This document shows, piece after piece, positions 20,381 to 30,483 of a stretch of DNA of 64,000 nucleotides (position 1 is the stretch's first letter; each line of letters begins with the position of its first letter). The translations under genes and the position numbers were made by a program. The DNA is from an uncultured Candidatus Rokubacteria bacterium (GTDB lineage Bacteria; Methylomirabilota; Methylomirabilia; Rokubacteriales; CSP1-6): assembly GCA_963762145.1 (NCBI GenBank), contig CAVXJS010000009.1, forward strand, positions 1 to 64,000, given 5' to 3'. The notes beneath the pieces are model-generated. The model saw only the letters and a list, made by a program, of their open reading frames with translations, had not been told where the DNA came from and searched no databases.

Positions 20381-21193
20381 TCACCACATGACCACGCCGC
20401 CGTCGATGTTGACGGACTGGCCGGTCATGAACGCGGCGGCGGGCGAGCACAGGAACGCGATGAGGCCCGCGACCTCCTCGTCGGAGGCGGCGCGGCCCAT
20501 CGGGATGCGGTCGAGCTGCCGCTGCCAGCCCTCTCCGCGCCCCAGCACGTCCATTCGCGCCGTCTCGATGGTGCCCGGGCACACCGCGTTGACCGTGACC
20601 CCGTGGCGCGCCACCTCCATGGCCAGCGACTGGGTCAGCCCCTGGATGCCGAAGTTGGCCGCGTTGTAGGCCGCGGTATTGGGAGCGCCGCGCTTGCCCG
20701 CGATCGAGGAGAGGTTGATGATGCGTCCCCACTTCTGCCCCACCATGATCGGGACGACCCGCTTGCAGAGCAGGAACGCGCCGGTCAGCTTGATGTCGAG
20801 GACCTTTCTCCAGATGCTCTCGTCCAGGTCGGGGAGCGGCACCCGGTCGTTGCCGCGCGGGTAGGCCGCGTTGTTCACGAGCACGTCGAGCCGCCCGAAG
20901 GTCTTGGTCACCTGTTCCACCAGCCGGTCCACCGCCGCGGCCTGGCTCACGTCACCCGTCCAGGTCAGCGCCTTGCGGTCGAGCGCGCGGATCTGCTCCG
21001 CGGTGCTCTCCACGTCGCGCCAGCCCGCCTTCTTCTCGTCCTCGGGATAGGTCGCGGGGTCGCGGCCGGTGCCGGTGACCACCACGTCCGCTCCGAGCCC
21101 GGCCAGAGCCAGCGCGGTGGCCCGGCCGATGCCGCGCAGCCGCCCCGCACCCGTCACCACCGCCACCCGCCCGTCCAGCGCGCCCGCGGCCAT
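20381..21193 (-). CDS. SDR family oxidoreductase
   Basis: VVTGAGRLRGIG, LDVLVNNA, SS, YNAAN (YxxxK variant), NAVCPG. Confidence 0.9.
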   Translation of the reverse strand: MAAGALDGRVAVVTGAGRLRGIGRATALALAGLGADVVVTGTGRDPATYPEDEKKAGWRDVESTAEQIRALDRKALTWTGDVSQAAAVDRLVEQVTKTFGRLDVLVNNAAYPRGNDRVPLPDLDESIWRKVLDIKLTGAFLLCKRVVPIMVGQKWGRIINLSSIAGKRGAPNTAAYNAANFGIQGLTQSLAMEVARHGVTVNAVCPGTIETARMDVLGRGEGWQRQLDRIPMGRAASDEEVAGLIAFLCSPAAAFMTGQSVNIDGGVVMW

Positions 21194-21195
21194 GC

Positions 21196-22617
21196 CTAGC
21201 GCCCCCCGTGAGCGGCGTGATCGGCGAGCACCTGCGCCACGCAGGCCGTCACCTTGACGCCGGTGGGGAGGTCGATGAACTCGTTCGGCCCGTGCGCGTT
21301 GGAGCCGGGGCCCATCACCCCGGTGACGAGGAACTGGGCCTCGGGAAACCGCTCCCCGAGCATGCTCATGAACGGGATCGAGCCGCCGAGCCCGTCGAAC
21401 ATCGCGGGCGCGCCGAACTGCGCGGTGGAGGCGCGCTCCACCGACTCCCGCAGCCACCCGGCCATCGCGGGCGCGTCCCAGCCGGTGCCGGGCCGCTCAC
21501 CGGTCGCGTAGGTCACCCGCGCGCCGTAGGGCGGATCGGCCTCCAGCACTTCCTTGATCCGCCGGCTCGCGAGCACGGCGTCCGCGGTGGGCGGCAGCCG
21601 CATCGAGAGCTTCAGCGATGTCTTCGGACGCAGCACGTTGCCCGCATCGGCGAGCGCCGGCATGCCGTCCATCCCGGTGACCGACAGGGCGGGCCGCCAC
21701 GTGTTGTTCAGCAGCGCCTCGACCGGGTCCTGCGTCATCGCGCGCATGCCGGGCAGGAACGGGAAGCGGCGCCAGACGTCGTCGCCCAGCACGCCCGCGA
21801 CCGCGCGCACCTCGGCGAGCCGGGCGGGCGGGATCTCCACGTGGCAGGCCTCCACGAGGATCTTGCCGGTGCGATGGTCCTCGAGCCGGTCGAGCACCTG
21901 GCGCAGGATGCGAAAGCTCGACGGCACGATGCCGCTGGCCGCGCCCGAGTGCACCCCCTCGCCGAGCACCTCCACGGTGAGCGTGCCGCTCAGGACACCG
22001 CGCAGCGAGGTGGTGGCCCACAGGTGGTCGTAGTCGCCGCAGCCGGAATCGAGACAGACGACCAGATCGGGGCGAATCCGATCGGCCAGCTTCTCCACAT
22101 AGGCCGGCAGGTCCGGGCTACCGCTCTCCTCGGAGGCCTCGATCAGCACCACGCAGCGCGCGTGGGGAATCCCCTGCGCCTGGAGCGTCTCGATCGCGGT
22201 GAGAGCCGCGAACGAGGCGTAGCCGTCGTCCCCGGCCCCGCGGCCGAAGAGCCGGTCGCCGCGGCGCACCGGCGTCCACGGCCCGCCGTCCGGCGCCCAC
22301 CCCACCATCTCGGGCTGCTTGTCGCAGTGGCCGTAGAGCAGGACGGTCTGACCGCCCGCCCCCGGGACCTCCATGAGGATGACCGGCGTCCGACCCGGCA
22401 GCCGGACGACCTCGATGGCCAGGCCCTCGATCTTCCGCTTCCGGGCCCAGTCGGTCATCAGGGTCACGGCCTGATCGATGTGGCCGTGCTCCGCCCACTT
22501 CGTGTCGTACATGGGCGACTTGGCCGGGATGCGGATGTACTCGGTGAGCGCCGGGACGATGTCGGCGTCCCAGGCCTGCTGGACGAGCGCGCGGGTGCGG
22601 GCGGAGTCAGTAGTCAT
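21196..22617 (-). CDS. M20/M25/M40 family metallopeptidase
   Basis: LYGHCDKQP, FGRGAGDDG, EASEESGS, GGSIP, AHGPNE. Confidence 0.92.
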   Translation of the reverse strand: MTTDSARTRALVQQAWDADIVPALTEYIRIPAKSPMYDTKWAEHGHIDQAVTLMTDWARKRKIEGLAIEVVRLPGRTPVILMEVPGAGGQTVLLYGHCDKQPEMVGWAPDGGPWTPVRRGDRLFGRGAGDDGYASFAALTAIETLQAQGIPHARCVVLIEASEESGSPDLPAYVEKLADRIRPDLVVCLDSGCGDYDHLWATTSLRGVLSGTLTVEVLGEGVHSGAASGIVPSSFRILRQVLDRLEDHRTGKILVEACHVEIPPARLAEVRAVAGVLGDDVWRRFPFLPGMRAMTQDPVEALLNNTWRPALSVTGMDGMPALADAGNVLRPKTSLKLSMRLPPTADAVLASRRIKEVLEADPPYGARVTYATGERPGTGWDAPAMAGWLRESVERASTAQFGAPAMFDGLGGSIPFMSMLGERFPEAQFLVTGVMGPGSNAHGPNEFIDLPTGVKVTACVAQVLADHAAHGGR

Positions 22618-22669
22618 GGCCCCGTATACTATTCGGAATCGGGCGAGTCCGCCAACCCGTCAATGGGAT

Positions 22670-23365
22670 ATGCTGCCCGTCGGTGTGAGCCGGACAAGTC
22701 GGCAGTGGATCCGAGATCCGTACATCACGGGCCTCGCCGCGCTCTTTGCGGTCTTCTGGCTCGCCCTCGCGATCCGTCCGCGGAATCGCGCGGACTGGGC
22801 GCTCGAGAACGCCCTGGTCGTGCTCGTCGTGCTGGGCCTCGCGCTGACGCACCGGCGCCTCGCGCTGTCCCGGCTCTCCTACACGCTCGTCTTCATGTTC
22901 CTTTCCCTCCACGTGGTCGGCGCGCACTACACCTACTCCGATGTCCCGTACGATGCCTGGGTCACCGCATTGACCGGCCGGAGCCTCCAGGACTGGCTCG
23001 GCTGGCAGCGAAACAACTTCGACCGCATCGTCCATTTCGCCTACGGGCTACTCCTGACCTATCCGGTGCGTCAAGTCGTGGTCCGGGTGACGGGGCTCCG
23101 CGGGTTCTGGGGCTATTTCCTGCCGATGGACCTCACGATGTCGACCTCGGCCAGCTACGAGCTGATCGAGTGGGGAGCCGCCGTCGTCTTCGGGGGCGAC
23201 CTCGGCATCGCCTACGTGGGAGCGCAGGGCGATCCCTGGGACGCGCAGAAGGACATGTCGCTGGCGGCGCTGGGCGCGATGCTGGCCACCGCGGCGATCG
23301 TCCTGACCCACCGTTGGCGCGGCCGCCGACACGATCGGTTGCGAGGGTCGCGTCCGCGCGGATAG
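22670..23365 (+). CDS. DUF2238 (YjdF-like) membrane protein, copy 1
   Basis: WALEN, LHVVGAHYTYS, RNNFDRIVHF, YELIEW, GAQGDPWDAQKDM. Confidence 0.88.
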   Translation: MLPVGVSRTSRQWIRDPYITGLAALFAVFWLALAIRPRNRADWALENALVVLVVLGLALTHRRLALSRLSYTLVFMFLSLHVVGAHYTYSDVPYDAWVTALTGRSLQDWLGWQRNNFDRIVHFAYGLLLTYPVRQVVVRVTGLRGFWGYFLPMDLTMSTSASYELIEWGAAVVFGGDLGIAYVGAQGDPWDAQKDMSLAALGAMLATAAIVLTHRWRGRRHDRLRGSRPRG

Positions 23366-23373
23366 AATCCAGC

Positions 23374-24012
23374 ATGATCCAGTCAGCGTTGCTCGCCGGG
23401 TATCTCGTGTTCTGGGGCGCTCTGGGCCTGGCGCCCCTCGATCCGCAGAACTGGGCGCTCTCGAGCATCCTCCCGCTGACCTTCGTCGGAACCCTCGTCT
23501 TCGGGCGTCGGAGCATGCCGCTCTCCGTCGCCTCCTACACGCTCATCGCGGGCTTTCTGGCCCTGCACACCGTCGGGGCTCACTACACCTACGCCCAGGT
23601 GCCGGTCGGTCAGTGGCTCCAGGCGCTGCTCGGGCTCGAGCGGAACCACTTCGACCGCGTGACGCACTTCGCCTTCGGCCTCCTCCTGACCTATCCGCTC
23701 TTCGAGCTCTTCCGCCGCCTCACCGGCACTCGGCGTCCGCTCCTCCTCTACCTCACCTTCATGACCCAGCTCGGGCTGGCCGGGGCCTGGGAGATCATCG
23801 AAGCGGTGGTGGCCCAGGTCACACGACCGGATCTGGGGACAGCCTTCCTCGGCGCCCAGGGCGACCCCTGGGATGCGCAGCACGACATGCTGGCGGCGAC
23901 CTGTGGCACGGCGATCGCCTTGCTCCTGACCGTGACCTGGCCGGCAGTGGCTCGGCGTGGGCGCGTCTCCAAACCCTCGGCGCCCCTGGCGCCGGCTGGA
24001 GCGGAGGAATAG
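23374..24012 (+). CDS. DUF2238 (YjdF-like) membrane protein, copy 2
   Basis: LHTVGAHYTYA, RNHFDRVTHF, WEIIE, GAQGDPWDAQHDM. Confidence 0.88.
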   Translation: MIQSALLAGYLVFWGALGLAPLDPQNWALSSILPLTFVGTLVFGRRSMPLSVASYTLIAGFLALHTVGAHYTYAQVPVGQWLQALLGLERNHFDRVTHFAFGLLLTYPLFELFRRLTGTRRPLLLYLTFMTQLGLAGAWEIIEAVVAQVTRPDLGTAFLGAQGDPWDAQHDMLAATCGTAIALLLTVTWPAVARRGRVSKPSAPLAPAGAEE

Positions 24013-24047
24013 CGGGTCGACGTCGCGGGACGCGGTCTTACGTTTGC

Positions 24048-24743
24048 ATGAGTGATCGCCCCCCCTCCCGGCGCGCCTTCCTCGGCGCGACCTGGGCCGC
24101 TCTCCTGAGCTCCGCCGCGCCGAGCTGGGGCAATGTTCCGGTGCCCGTCGAGGACTGGACTGCTGCGCCATCGGGCACGATGGGCGTGCCGCCGGGCTGG
24201 CAGAAGTACGAGACGCCCGGCGGCCGTCCCGCCTACGAGTTCACGATCGTGAATGATGCAGGACGCCGCGCGCTCCACATGAAGAGCACGAGCGAGCACT
24301 CCACGATCGCGAAGGAGGTCCAGGCCGACCTGGCGGCCACGCCGATCCTGGCGTGGCAATGGCGCGTGCTGAGCCTCCCGCTGCGCGCGGACCTGCGCAA
24401 CCGTGCGACCTCCGACGCCGCCGGCCACATCTTCGCGGTGTGGCCCCGCTTCCCCGCGTTCGTCCGATCCCGGCTCATCGGCTACGTCTGGGATCCGGCG
24501 CTGCCGATCGGCACGGTGATCCCGAGCCGGAAGACGGGAACGGTCACCTTCATCGTGGTGCGACGCGGCGAGGCGGGCCTGGGCCAGTGGCAGGACGACC
24601 GCCGCAACGTCGCGGAGGACTACCGGACCGTCTTCGGCGAGGCGGCGCCCCCACTCCCGGCACTGGCCCTCTCCATCGACACGAACGACACGCAGTCTCA
24701 GGCCGAGGCCATGTTCGGGCGCATCGAGCTGCGCGCGCGCTGA
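24048..24743 (+). CDS. DUF3047 family protein with Tat-like signal
   Basis: SRRAFL signal; TPILAWQWRV, IGYVWD, RNVAEDYRTVFGE, IDTNDT...AMFGRI. Confidence 0.8.
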   Translation: MSDRPPSRRAFLGATWAALLSSAAPSWGNVPVPVEDWTAAPSGTMGVPPGWQKYETPGGRPAYEFTIVNDAGRRALHMKSTSEHSTIAKEVQADLAATPILAWQWRVLSLPLRADLRNRATSDAAGHIFAVWPRFPAFVRSRLIGYVWDPALPIGTVIPSRKTGTVTFIVVRRGEAGLGQWQDDRRNVAEDYRTVFGEAAPPLPALALSIDTNDTQSQAEAMFGRIELRAR

Positions 24744-24852
24744 GGCCGGGCCAGGGTAAATCGGGCCGGAACTCTTTACGCGCTTCCGGGCGCGCGGCGG
24801 CACCGCTCCACGCATTCCCCCGGTTAGTACCGAAGATAGCTGACGCCTGCCG

Positions 24853-24868
24853 TGGCACGTCGCTTGCC
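24853..24868 (+). promoter_or_regulatory. Sigma54 -24/-12 promoter
   Basis: TGGCACGTCGCTTGCC, a near-perfect match to TGGCACG-N4-TTGC. Confidence 0.7.
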
Positions 24869-24881
24869 TCGACCGATGTAC

Positions 24882-25238
24882 ATGTCGAACGTGTTCACCC
24901 TGCAAGAGGTGGTGGAGAAGCAAGGGCTCGGCCCCGACGCCCGGGCCTTCTGCGAGGCGTTGCTGAAGGACGGCGAGGTCCTGGCCGTCGCGCTCAACTA
25001 CCTGCCGGAGACCGTGCTGTGGCTCGTGACGACACCCTTGCAGGCACGGCTCATGCGCGAGACGCAGCCCGGCGCGGCCGTCCTCACGCTCGGTGAAGCG
25101 TCGGACCTGGCGAGCTGCCTGGGCGAGCCGCCGCCGAAGTCCCTCTGGCAGGTTGCCGTCCGGCTGTCGGCTCCGGCGCCCGACGCTCCCGAGTATCCCC
25201 TCGAGCAGCCAGACGACGAAGACGACCCCTGGGACTAG
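24882..25238 (+). CDS. Hypothetical protein with acidic tail
   Basis: ORF with genome-like codon use; start placed at the ATG just downstream of the sigma54 motif (start uncertain). Confidence 0.6.
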   Translation: MSNVFTLQEVVEKQGLGPDARAFCEALLKDGEVLAVALNYLPETVLWLVTTPLQARLMRETQPGAAVLTLGEASDLASCLGEPPPKSLWQVAVRLSAPAPDAPEYPLEQPDDEDDPWD

Positions 25239-25245
25239 GGGCCCT

Positions 25246-25270
25246 ACCCTCTCCCCGGAGGGGAGAGGGT
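25246..25270. repeat. REP-like palindrome ACCCTCTCCCC-GGA-GGGGAGAGGGT
   Basis: Perfect 11-bp stem between convergent genes; resembles the widespread CCCTCTCCC...GGGAGAGGG extragenic palindrome. Confidence 0.7.
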
Positions 25271-25282
25271 TGAGGGTCGAGC

Positions 25283-26107
25283 TTACCTCGCCGCGGCGCC
25301 CTCAGGCGCGCTCAGGTTGTTGACCACCCGCTTCACGCCGTCCACCGACTGGCTCACCCGCTCGGCCAGCAGCTTCTCCGCGCGTGACGTGACCGGACCG
25401 GTAAGGGTGACGGTGCCGTCCTGCGACCGCACCTGCACGCTCTGGAGCGGGAGCGCCCGCGTCGAGTAGAGCTCGAACTCCACCCGTCGGGCCAGCTTGT
25501 CGTCGGCGCTCTCCGGAGCCGTTGCCGCATTGGCGACCGTGATCTGGCCGGTCAGACCCTGCACGCCGGGCACCTGGAGCGCGATCTGCTCGGCGGCTCG
25601 CTTCTGCGCGGGCGTATCCACCGCACCGTCCAGGCTGACCACCCGCTTGCTGACCTGCACCTTCAAGGTCTTGTCCTTGAGCTCCGGGCTCCGGGCCAGC
25701 TGATCGATGACCAGGGTCTTGATCTCGAGATCCGCGACGCGGTCGCCGAGCTGCGCCACGTCCTGATTCCCGCGGGCTGCCGGGTTGACCGTGAGGTTGT
25801 TGTGGACCGCGGACACGCCCGAGGTGTCCTGGGTGATGGCGGCCGCGAGCCGGCGCGTCTCCTCGCTCGGCACCTCGCCGGTCAAGGTCACCTCGCCACG
25901 ATTCGTGGTGGCGTTGACGTCGAACGCGGAGACGTGCTTGGAGAGCAGCAGCGCGGTCTTCACCTTGGACGTGGTCGCGGCGTCCTGCGAGCTCTCCTTG
26001 ACCGACCGGAGCGTGTCGCCGATGGATGTCGCGCCGTCCCGCTGGTAGATCAGCACTCCGCCCACGACCAGGATGATCAGGATGAGAGCAATCACGATCG
26101 CGCGCAT
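25283..26107 (-). CDS. BON domain protein (3 BON domains, OsmY-like)
   Basis: N-terminal TM; DAATTSKVKTALL...VTLTG...GV..V.NNL repeated three times. Confidence 0.88.
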   Translation of the reverse strand: MRAIVIALILIILVVGGVLIYQRDGATSIGDTLRSVKESSQDAATTSKVKTALLLSKHVSAFDVNATTNRGEVTLTGEVPSEETRRLAAAITQDTSGVSAVHNNLTVNPAARGNQDVAQLGDRVADLEIKTLVIDQLARSPELKDKTLKVQVSKRVVSLDGAVDTPAQKRAAEQIALQVPGVQGLTGQITVANAATAPESADDKLARRVEFELYSTRALPLQSVQVRSQDGTVTLTGPVTSRAEKLLAERVSQSVDGVKRVVNNLSAPEGAAAR

Positions 26108-26149
26108 ATGTTCTCCTTTGCCGGGTGGCCTGAAACCCGTTGCCTTGGG

Positions 26150-26165
26150 AGCATCCGCCGTGCCA
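26150..26165 (-). promoter_or_regulatory. Sigma54 promoter of the BON gene
   Basis: Minus strand TGGCACGGCGGATGCT with correct GG-N10-GC spacing. Confidence 0.65.
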
Positions 26166-26368
26166 GGCGACTGCCACCGAACAATCCCCGGGTTTAGCGT
26201 CGTTTCTCCCCTCGCCGTCGACCGGACGCCCGGAGGCGCCCCAGTCAGGGCTTCCGATGTCGGTAGGGTTTACCGGGAACCTCGTCCGAAATTCGCCTGG
26301 ACGTCAGGCGGCTCTCGCGGCATTCTTGGGCCGCGAGAGCAGTGAGCCGCCGAAAAGGGGGAGACGCC

Positions 26369-28041
26369 ATGCTCGACCTTCTGATCAGGAACGCGCGGAT
26401 CTGCGACGGAACGGGCGCGCCGAGCTTCATGGGCGACTGCGGGGTCAAGGACGGGCTCATCCGGTCCGTCGCTCCGACGAATGGTCAAACTGCGGCGCGG
26501 GTGATCGACGCCGACGGCCTCGTCCTGGCGCCGGGCTTCGTGGACCCCCACACGCACTACGACGCCCAGCTCGCCTGGGACCCGCTCGTCACCTGCTCGC
26601 CGTGGCACGGGGTGACCACCGTCGTCATGGGCAACTGCGGGGTGGGCGTGGCGCCGGTGAAGCCCGAGACGCGCGAGATCCTGATGCAGGACCTGGTCAA
26701 CGTCGAGGCCATTCCCTACGACGTCATGAAGGCGGGCATCGACTGGCAGTGGGAGAGCTACGGCCAGTACCTCGACGCGGTGGATCGTCGCGGGCTCGGC
26801 ATCAACGTCGCGGGCCTCGTGGCGTTCACCCCCCTGCGGCACTACGTGATGGGCGAGGCCTCGTTCGAGCGGGCGGCCACCGGGGACGAGATCGCGACCA
26901 TGCGGCGGCTCCTCCGGGAGGCGATGGAGGCGGGCGCGTTCGGCTTCACCACCACCACGTCGCGCAACCACGTGGGCTATCAGGGGCGGCCGCTGGCCTG
27001 CCGTAACGCGAGCCGGGAGGAGCTGGTCGGCGTGGTGCGCGGGCTCCACGACGTCGGCCGCGGAGCGATCGAGATCATCCTGAACTCCGGCGGCATGTAC
27101 GCGGTGAGCGACGAGGACGTGGAGCTCCTGCGGCAGATCACGCAGGCGAGCGGGCGGCCGGTCACGTGGCTCGCGCTCTTCGCGCATCCGGGCCAGCCCG
27201 ACTTCCACGACCAGACGTTCGCCAAGCTCGGCGATCTGATCAAGCAGGCCATCCCCCAGGTGACGCCACGGCCGATCATGAGCCGGGCGATCTGCGGAAC
27301 CCGACTATGTTCGGCTCCTTCGTCTCCTGGCAGAGGGCGTTCAACCGGCCGGAGGCCGAGAAGATCGCGCTCTACCGGGATCCCGCGTTCCGTGACGCCT
27401 TCCAGCAGGAGCTGGAGAGCCGGCGGCGCGCGCACATGTGGGGACAGATGCGCGTGCTCGAGGTGGGCCGGCCGGAGCTGGCCGTCCACGTGGGACGCAC
27501 GCTCGAGGAGATCGCCGCCGGGCAGGGCAAGCGCCCGGTGGACGCCTACTTCGATCTGGGCCTGTCCGACGACCTGGCGACCTGCTTCCAGTCCTCGACG
27601 TTCAACTTCGATCCGGCGGGCGTGGAGCGGCTGATCGCCGACGACCGCTGCCTGGTCGGCCTCTCCGACGGCGGGGCGCACGTGGACGTCATCTGCGACG
27701 TGGGCTACGCCACCGCCCTGCTCGACCTCTGGGTGCGGCGGACCGGCGTGCTGAGCCTCGAGAAGGCGGTGCACAAGCTCACGCAGGTGCCGGCCACCGT
27801 GTTCGGCATCCCCAACCGCGGCGTCCTGGAGGAGGGCAAGGTCGCCGACCTGGTGCTGTTCGACCCGGCCACGGTCACCGCGAAGGCACCGCGCTACGTG
27901 AACGACCTGCCGTGCAACGGCCGGCGCCTGATCTCGGAGTCCGAGGGCATCAAGGCCGTGTTCGTGGCGGGCACCCAGCTCTACGACGAGGGCAAGCACA
28001 GCGGCGCGATGCCCGGCCGCATCCTGCGCAGCTACGAATAG
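26369..28041 (+). CDS. N-acyl-D-amino acid deacylase family amidohydrolase, frameshifted near 27283
   Basis: LAPGFVDPHTHYD, HGVTTVVMGNCG in the first frame; SDGGAH, RGVLEEGKVADLVLFDP, PGRILRS in the second frame. Confidence 0.85.
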
Positions 28042-28047
28042 CCGGCG

Positions 28048-28809
28048 ATGAGCGAGTTCCTCGGGCTGGACGGCAAGGTCGCCGTGGTGACCGGGGGCGC
28101 GAGCGGACTCGGCCAGGCGGTGGCCCGCGGCCTGGCGCGCGAGGGCGCGCGCGTCATGCTCGGCGATATCGACAAGGCGGGGCTCGAGCGCACCGCGGCC
28201 GAGCTCGGCGAGCCGGTCCGCTGGCAGCGCACCGACGTCACCCGGCGCGACGAGATCGCCGCGCTCTTCACCCGCTGTGACGAGGAGTTCGGACCCGTCG
28301 AGATCCTGGTCACCTGCGCCGGCATCATCAGCTCGGCTCCCCTCGCCGCGATGACCGAGGCCGAGTGGGACCGCGTGCTGGCGATCAACACGAAGGGGAC
28401 CTTCTTCTGCATCCAGGAGGCGGTCGCGCGCATGGTCCCGCTGAAGCGCGGCCGCATCATCACGATCGGCTCCGACAGCGTGACGCGCGGGGGCGGGCGG
28501 GTCGCCACCGCGGCCTACACCGCATCGAAAGGCGCGGTCGTGGCGCTGACCCGCAACATCGCCCGCGATCTGCTCGGCACCGGCGTCAGCGTGAACTGCC
28601 TCAACCCGGGCCCGATCGACTCGCCGATGCACGCCCCGCTCACCGCCGAGCAGCGGGCCCGCGTCGTGGGCAGCATCCCGCTGGGGTGGATGGCCCGGCC
28701 CGAGGAGATCGCCAACGGCGTGCTGTTCCTGGCCTCGAGCCGCGCCGCCAGCTTCATGTACGGGACCAACCTGAACATCGACGGCGGCACCCAGATGGGT
28801 ACGAGCTGA
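28048..28809 (+). CDS. SDR family oxidoreductase
   Basis: VVTGGASGLG, YTASKG, NCLNPG. Confidence 0.9.
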   Translation: MSEFLGLDGKVAVVTGGASGLGQAVARGLAREGARVMLGDIDKAGLERTAAELGEPVRWQRTDVTRRDEIAALFTRCDEEFGPVEILVTCAGIISSAPLAAMTEAEWDRVLAINTKGTFFCIQEAVARMVPLKRGRIITIGSDSVTRGGGRVATAAYTASKGAVVALTRNIARDLLGTGVSVNCLNPGPIDSPMHAPLTAEQRARVVGSIPLGWMARPEEIANGVLFLASSRAASFMYGTNLNIDGGTQMGTS

Positions 28810-28811
28810 TC

Positions 28812-30479
28812 ATGCGCGGGCGGCAGGTCTTCATGGAAGGCCTGATCGCGCACGGGGTGGAGTACATCTTCGGCAACCCCGGCACCACCGAGAGCCCCAT
28901 CCTCGACGCCCTGCTCGACTACCCGCAGCTCCGCTACATCGTGGCGCTGCACGAGGGCGTGGCCCTCGGGGCCGCGAGCTACTACGCGCAGACGAGCGGC
29001 AAGCCCGCGGTCGTCAACGTGCACGTGGCTCCGGGCCTGGGCAACGCCCTCGGCATGCTCTACAACGCCTACAAGGCGCGCGCGCCGCTGCTCGTGACCG
29101 CCGGCCAGCAGGACACTCGCCTGCGGCTGCGCGGGCCGGTGCTCGGCCACGACCTGGTGGCGATGGCCGCGCCGCTCACCAAGTGGAGCGTCCAGGTCGA
29201 GCGCGCGGACGAGCTCGCGCTGATCATCCACCGCGCGCTCAAGATCGCCACCGACCCGCCCGCGGGACCGGTCTTCGTCGCGCTGCCGATCGACGTGCTC
29301 GAGCAGGAGACCGACCTCGCCCCGTTCGCGCCGGGCCGGCTCTTCCGCGCGCCCGAGCCCGATCCCGCGGGCGTGCAGGCGGCCGCGGAGCTGCTGCGCG
29401 GCGCCCGGCGGCCGGTGCTCGTGGTCGGGGACGACGCGGCGAGCGCGGCGGCCGAGGTGGCGGCGCTCGCCGAGCAGCTCGGCGCCGCGGTCTGGTGCGA
29501 GGGGCTTCGGGCCCGGCAGGTGCTGCCGACCGCCCACCCGAACTTCCGGCTCGGCCTGCCCTTCGACGCGGCCGCCATCCGCGGGGCGCTGGACGGGGCG
29601 GACGTCGTGCTCCTGGTCGGCGGGCCGTTCTTCGAGGAGGTCTGGTACGCGCCCGGCTCACCGCTCCCGCCGGGCGCGGTCGCCATCCAGGTGGAGTGGG
29701 CGCCCGAGCGCCTGGCCCACAACCTGCCGGTGAGCGTCGGGCTCGTGAGCCACCCGCGGGCCGCGCTGGCCGCCCTGAGCGCGGCGATCGAGCGTGAAGA
29801 GCGCGGCCAGGGCCGCGCATTCCACGATGCGGCGGCGCACCGCAACGATGCCCTCCGCGCGCTCAAGACGCAGGACGCGCAGGCCCAGCGCGCCCGCGCG
29901 GCCAAGCGCTGGGATCACGCGCCGATCTCGGTGCCGCGCCTGATGGCCGAGATCGAAGCGGCCCTGCCGCCCGACGCCATCGTGGTGGACGAATCCATCA
30001 CCGCCAGCATCGAGCTCGCCCGCACCCTGCAGTTCGAGGGCCCGGGCGACTACGTCGGGGCGCGCGGCGGCGGCATCGGCCAGGCCCTGCCCGGCGCGCT
30101 CGGCGTGAAGCTGGCCCGGCCCGAGCGTCCCGTGGTCGCGCTGTCGGGCGACGGCTCGGCGATGTACAGCATCCAGGCGCTGTGGACCGCCGCCCATCAC
30201 GACCTCGCGGTGGTCTTCGTGATCCTGAACAATCGCGAGTACCGCATCCTGAAGCACAACATGGACACCTACCGGCAGCGGTTCGGCGCGAAGCCCGACC
30301 GCGCGTACTCGAACATGGATCTGGTGGTGCCCGATCTCGGCTTCGTGGATCTCGCCCGCGGCCTGGGCGTGGAGGCCATGCGGGTCGCGACGCCGGGCGA
30401 GCTGCGCCCCGCGCTGGCGAAGGCGCTCAGCGCGGGGCGGCCCTTCCTGCTGGACGTCGCGATCGAAGGGAAGAGCTAG
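28812..30479 (+). CDS. Thiamine diphosphate enzyme, benzoylformate decarboxylase (MdlC)-like
   Basis: IFGNPGTTE, LHEGVA, PGLGNA, GDGSAMYSIQALWTAA...NNREYRILK TPP motif. Confidence 0.88.
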   Translation: MRGRQVFMEGLIAHGVEYIFGNPGTTESPILDALLDYPQLRYIVALHEGVALGAASYYAQTSGKPAVVNVHVAPGLGNALGMLYNAYKARAPLLVTAGQQDTRLRLRGPVLGHDLVAMAAPLTKWSVQVERADELALIIHRALKIATDPPAGPVFVALPIDVLEQETDLAPFAPGRLFRAPEPDPAGVQAAAELLRGARRPVLVVGDDAASAAAEVAALAEQLGAAVWCEGLRARQVLPTAHPNFRLGLPFDAAAIRGALDGADVVLLVGGPFFEEVWYAPGSPLPPGAVAIQVEWAPERLAHNLPVSVGLVSHPRAALAALSAAIEREERGQGRAFHDAAAHRNDALRALKTQDAQAQRARAAKRWDHAPISVPRLMAEIEAALPPDAIVVDESITASIELARTLQFEGPGDYVGARGGGIGQALPGALGVKLARPERPVVALSGDGSAMYSIQALWTAAHHDLAVVFVILNNREYRILKHNMDTYRQRFGAKPDRAYSNMDLVVPDLGFVDLARGLGVEAMRVATPGELRPALAKALSAGRPFLLDVAIEGKS

Positions 30480-30483
30480 CCCG

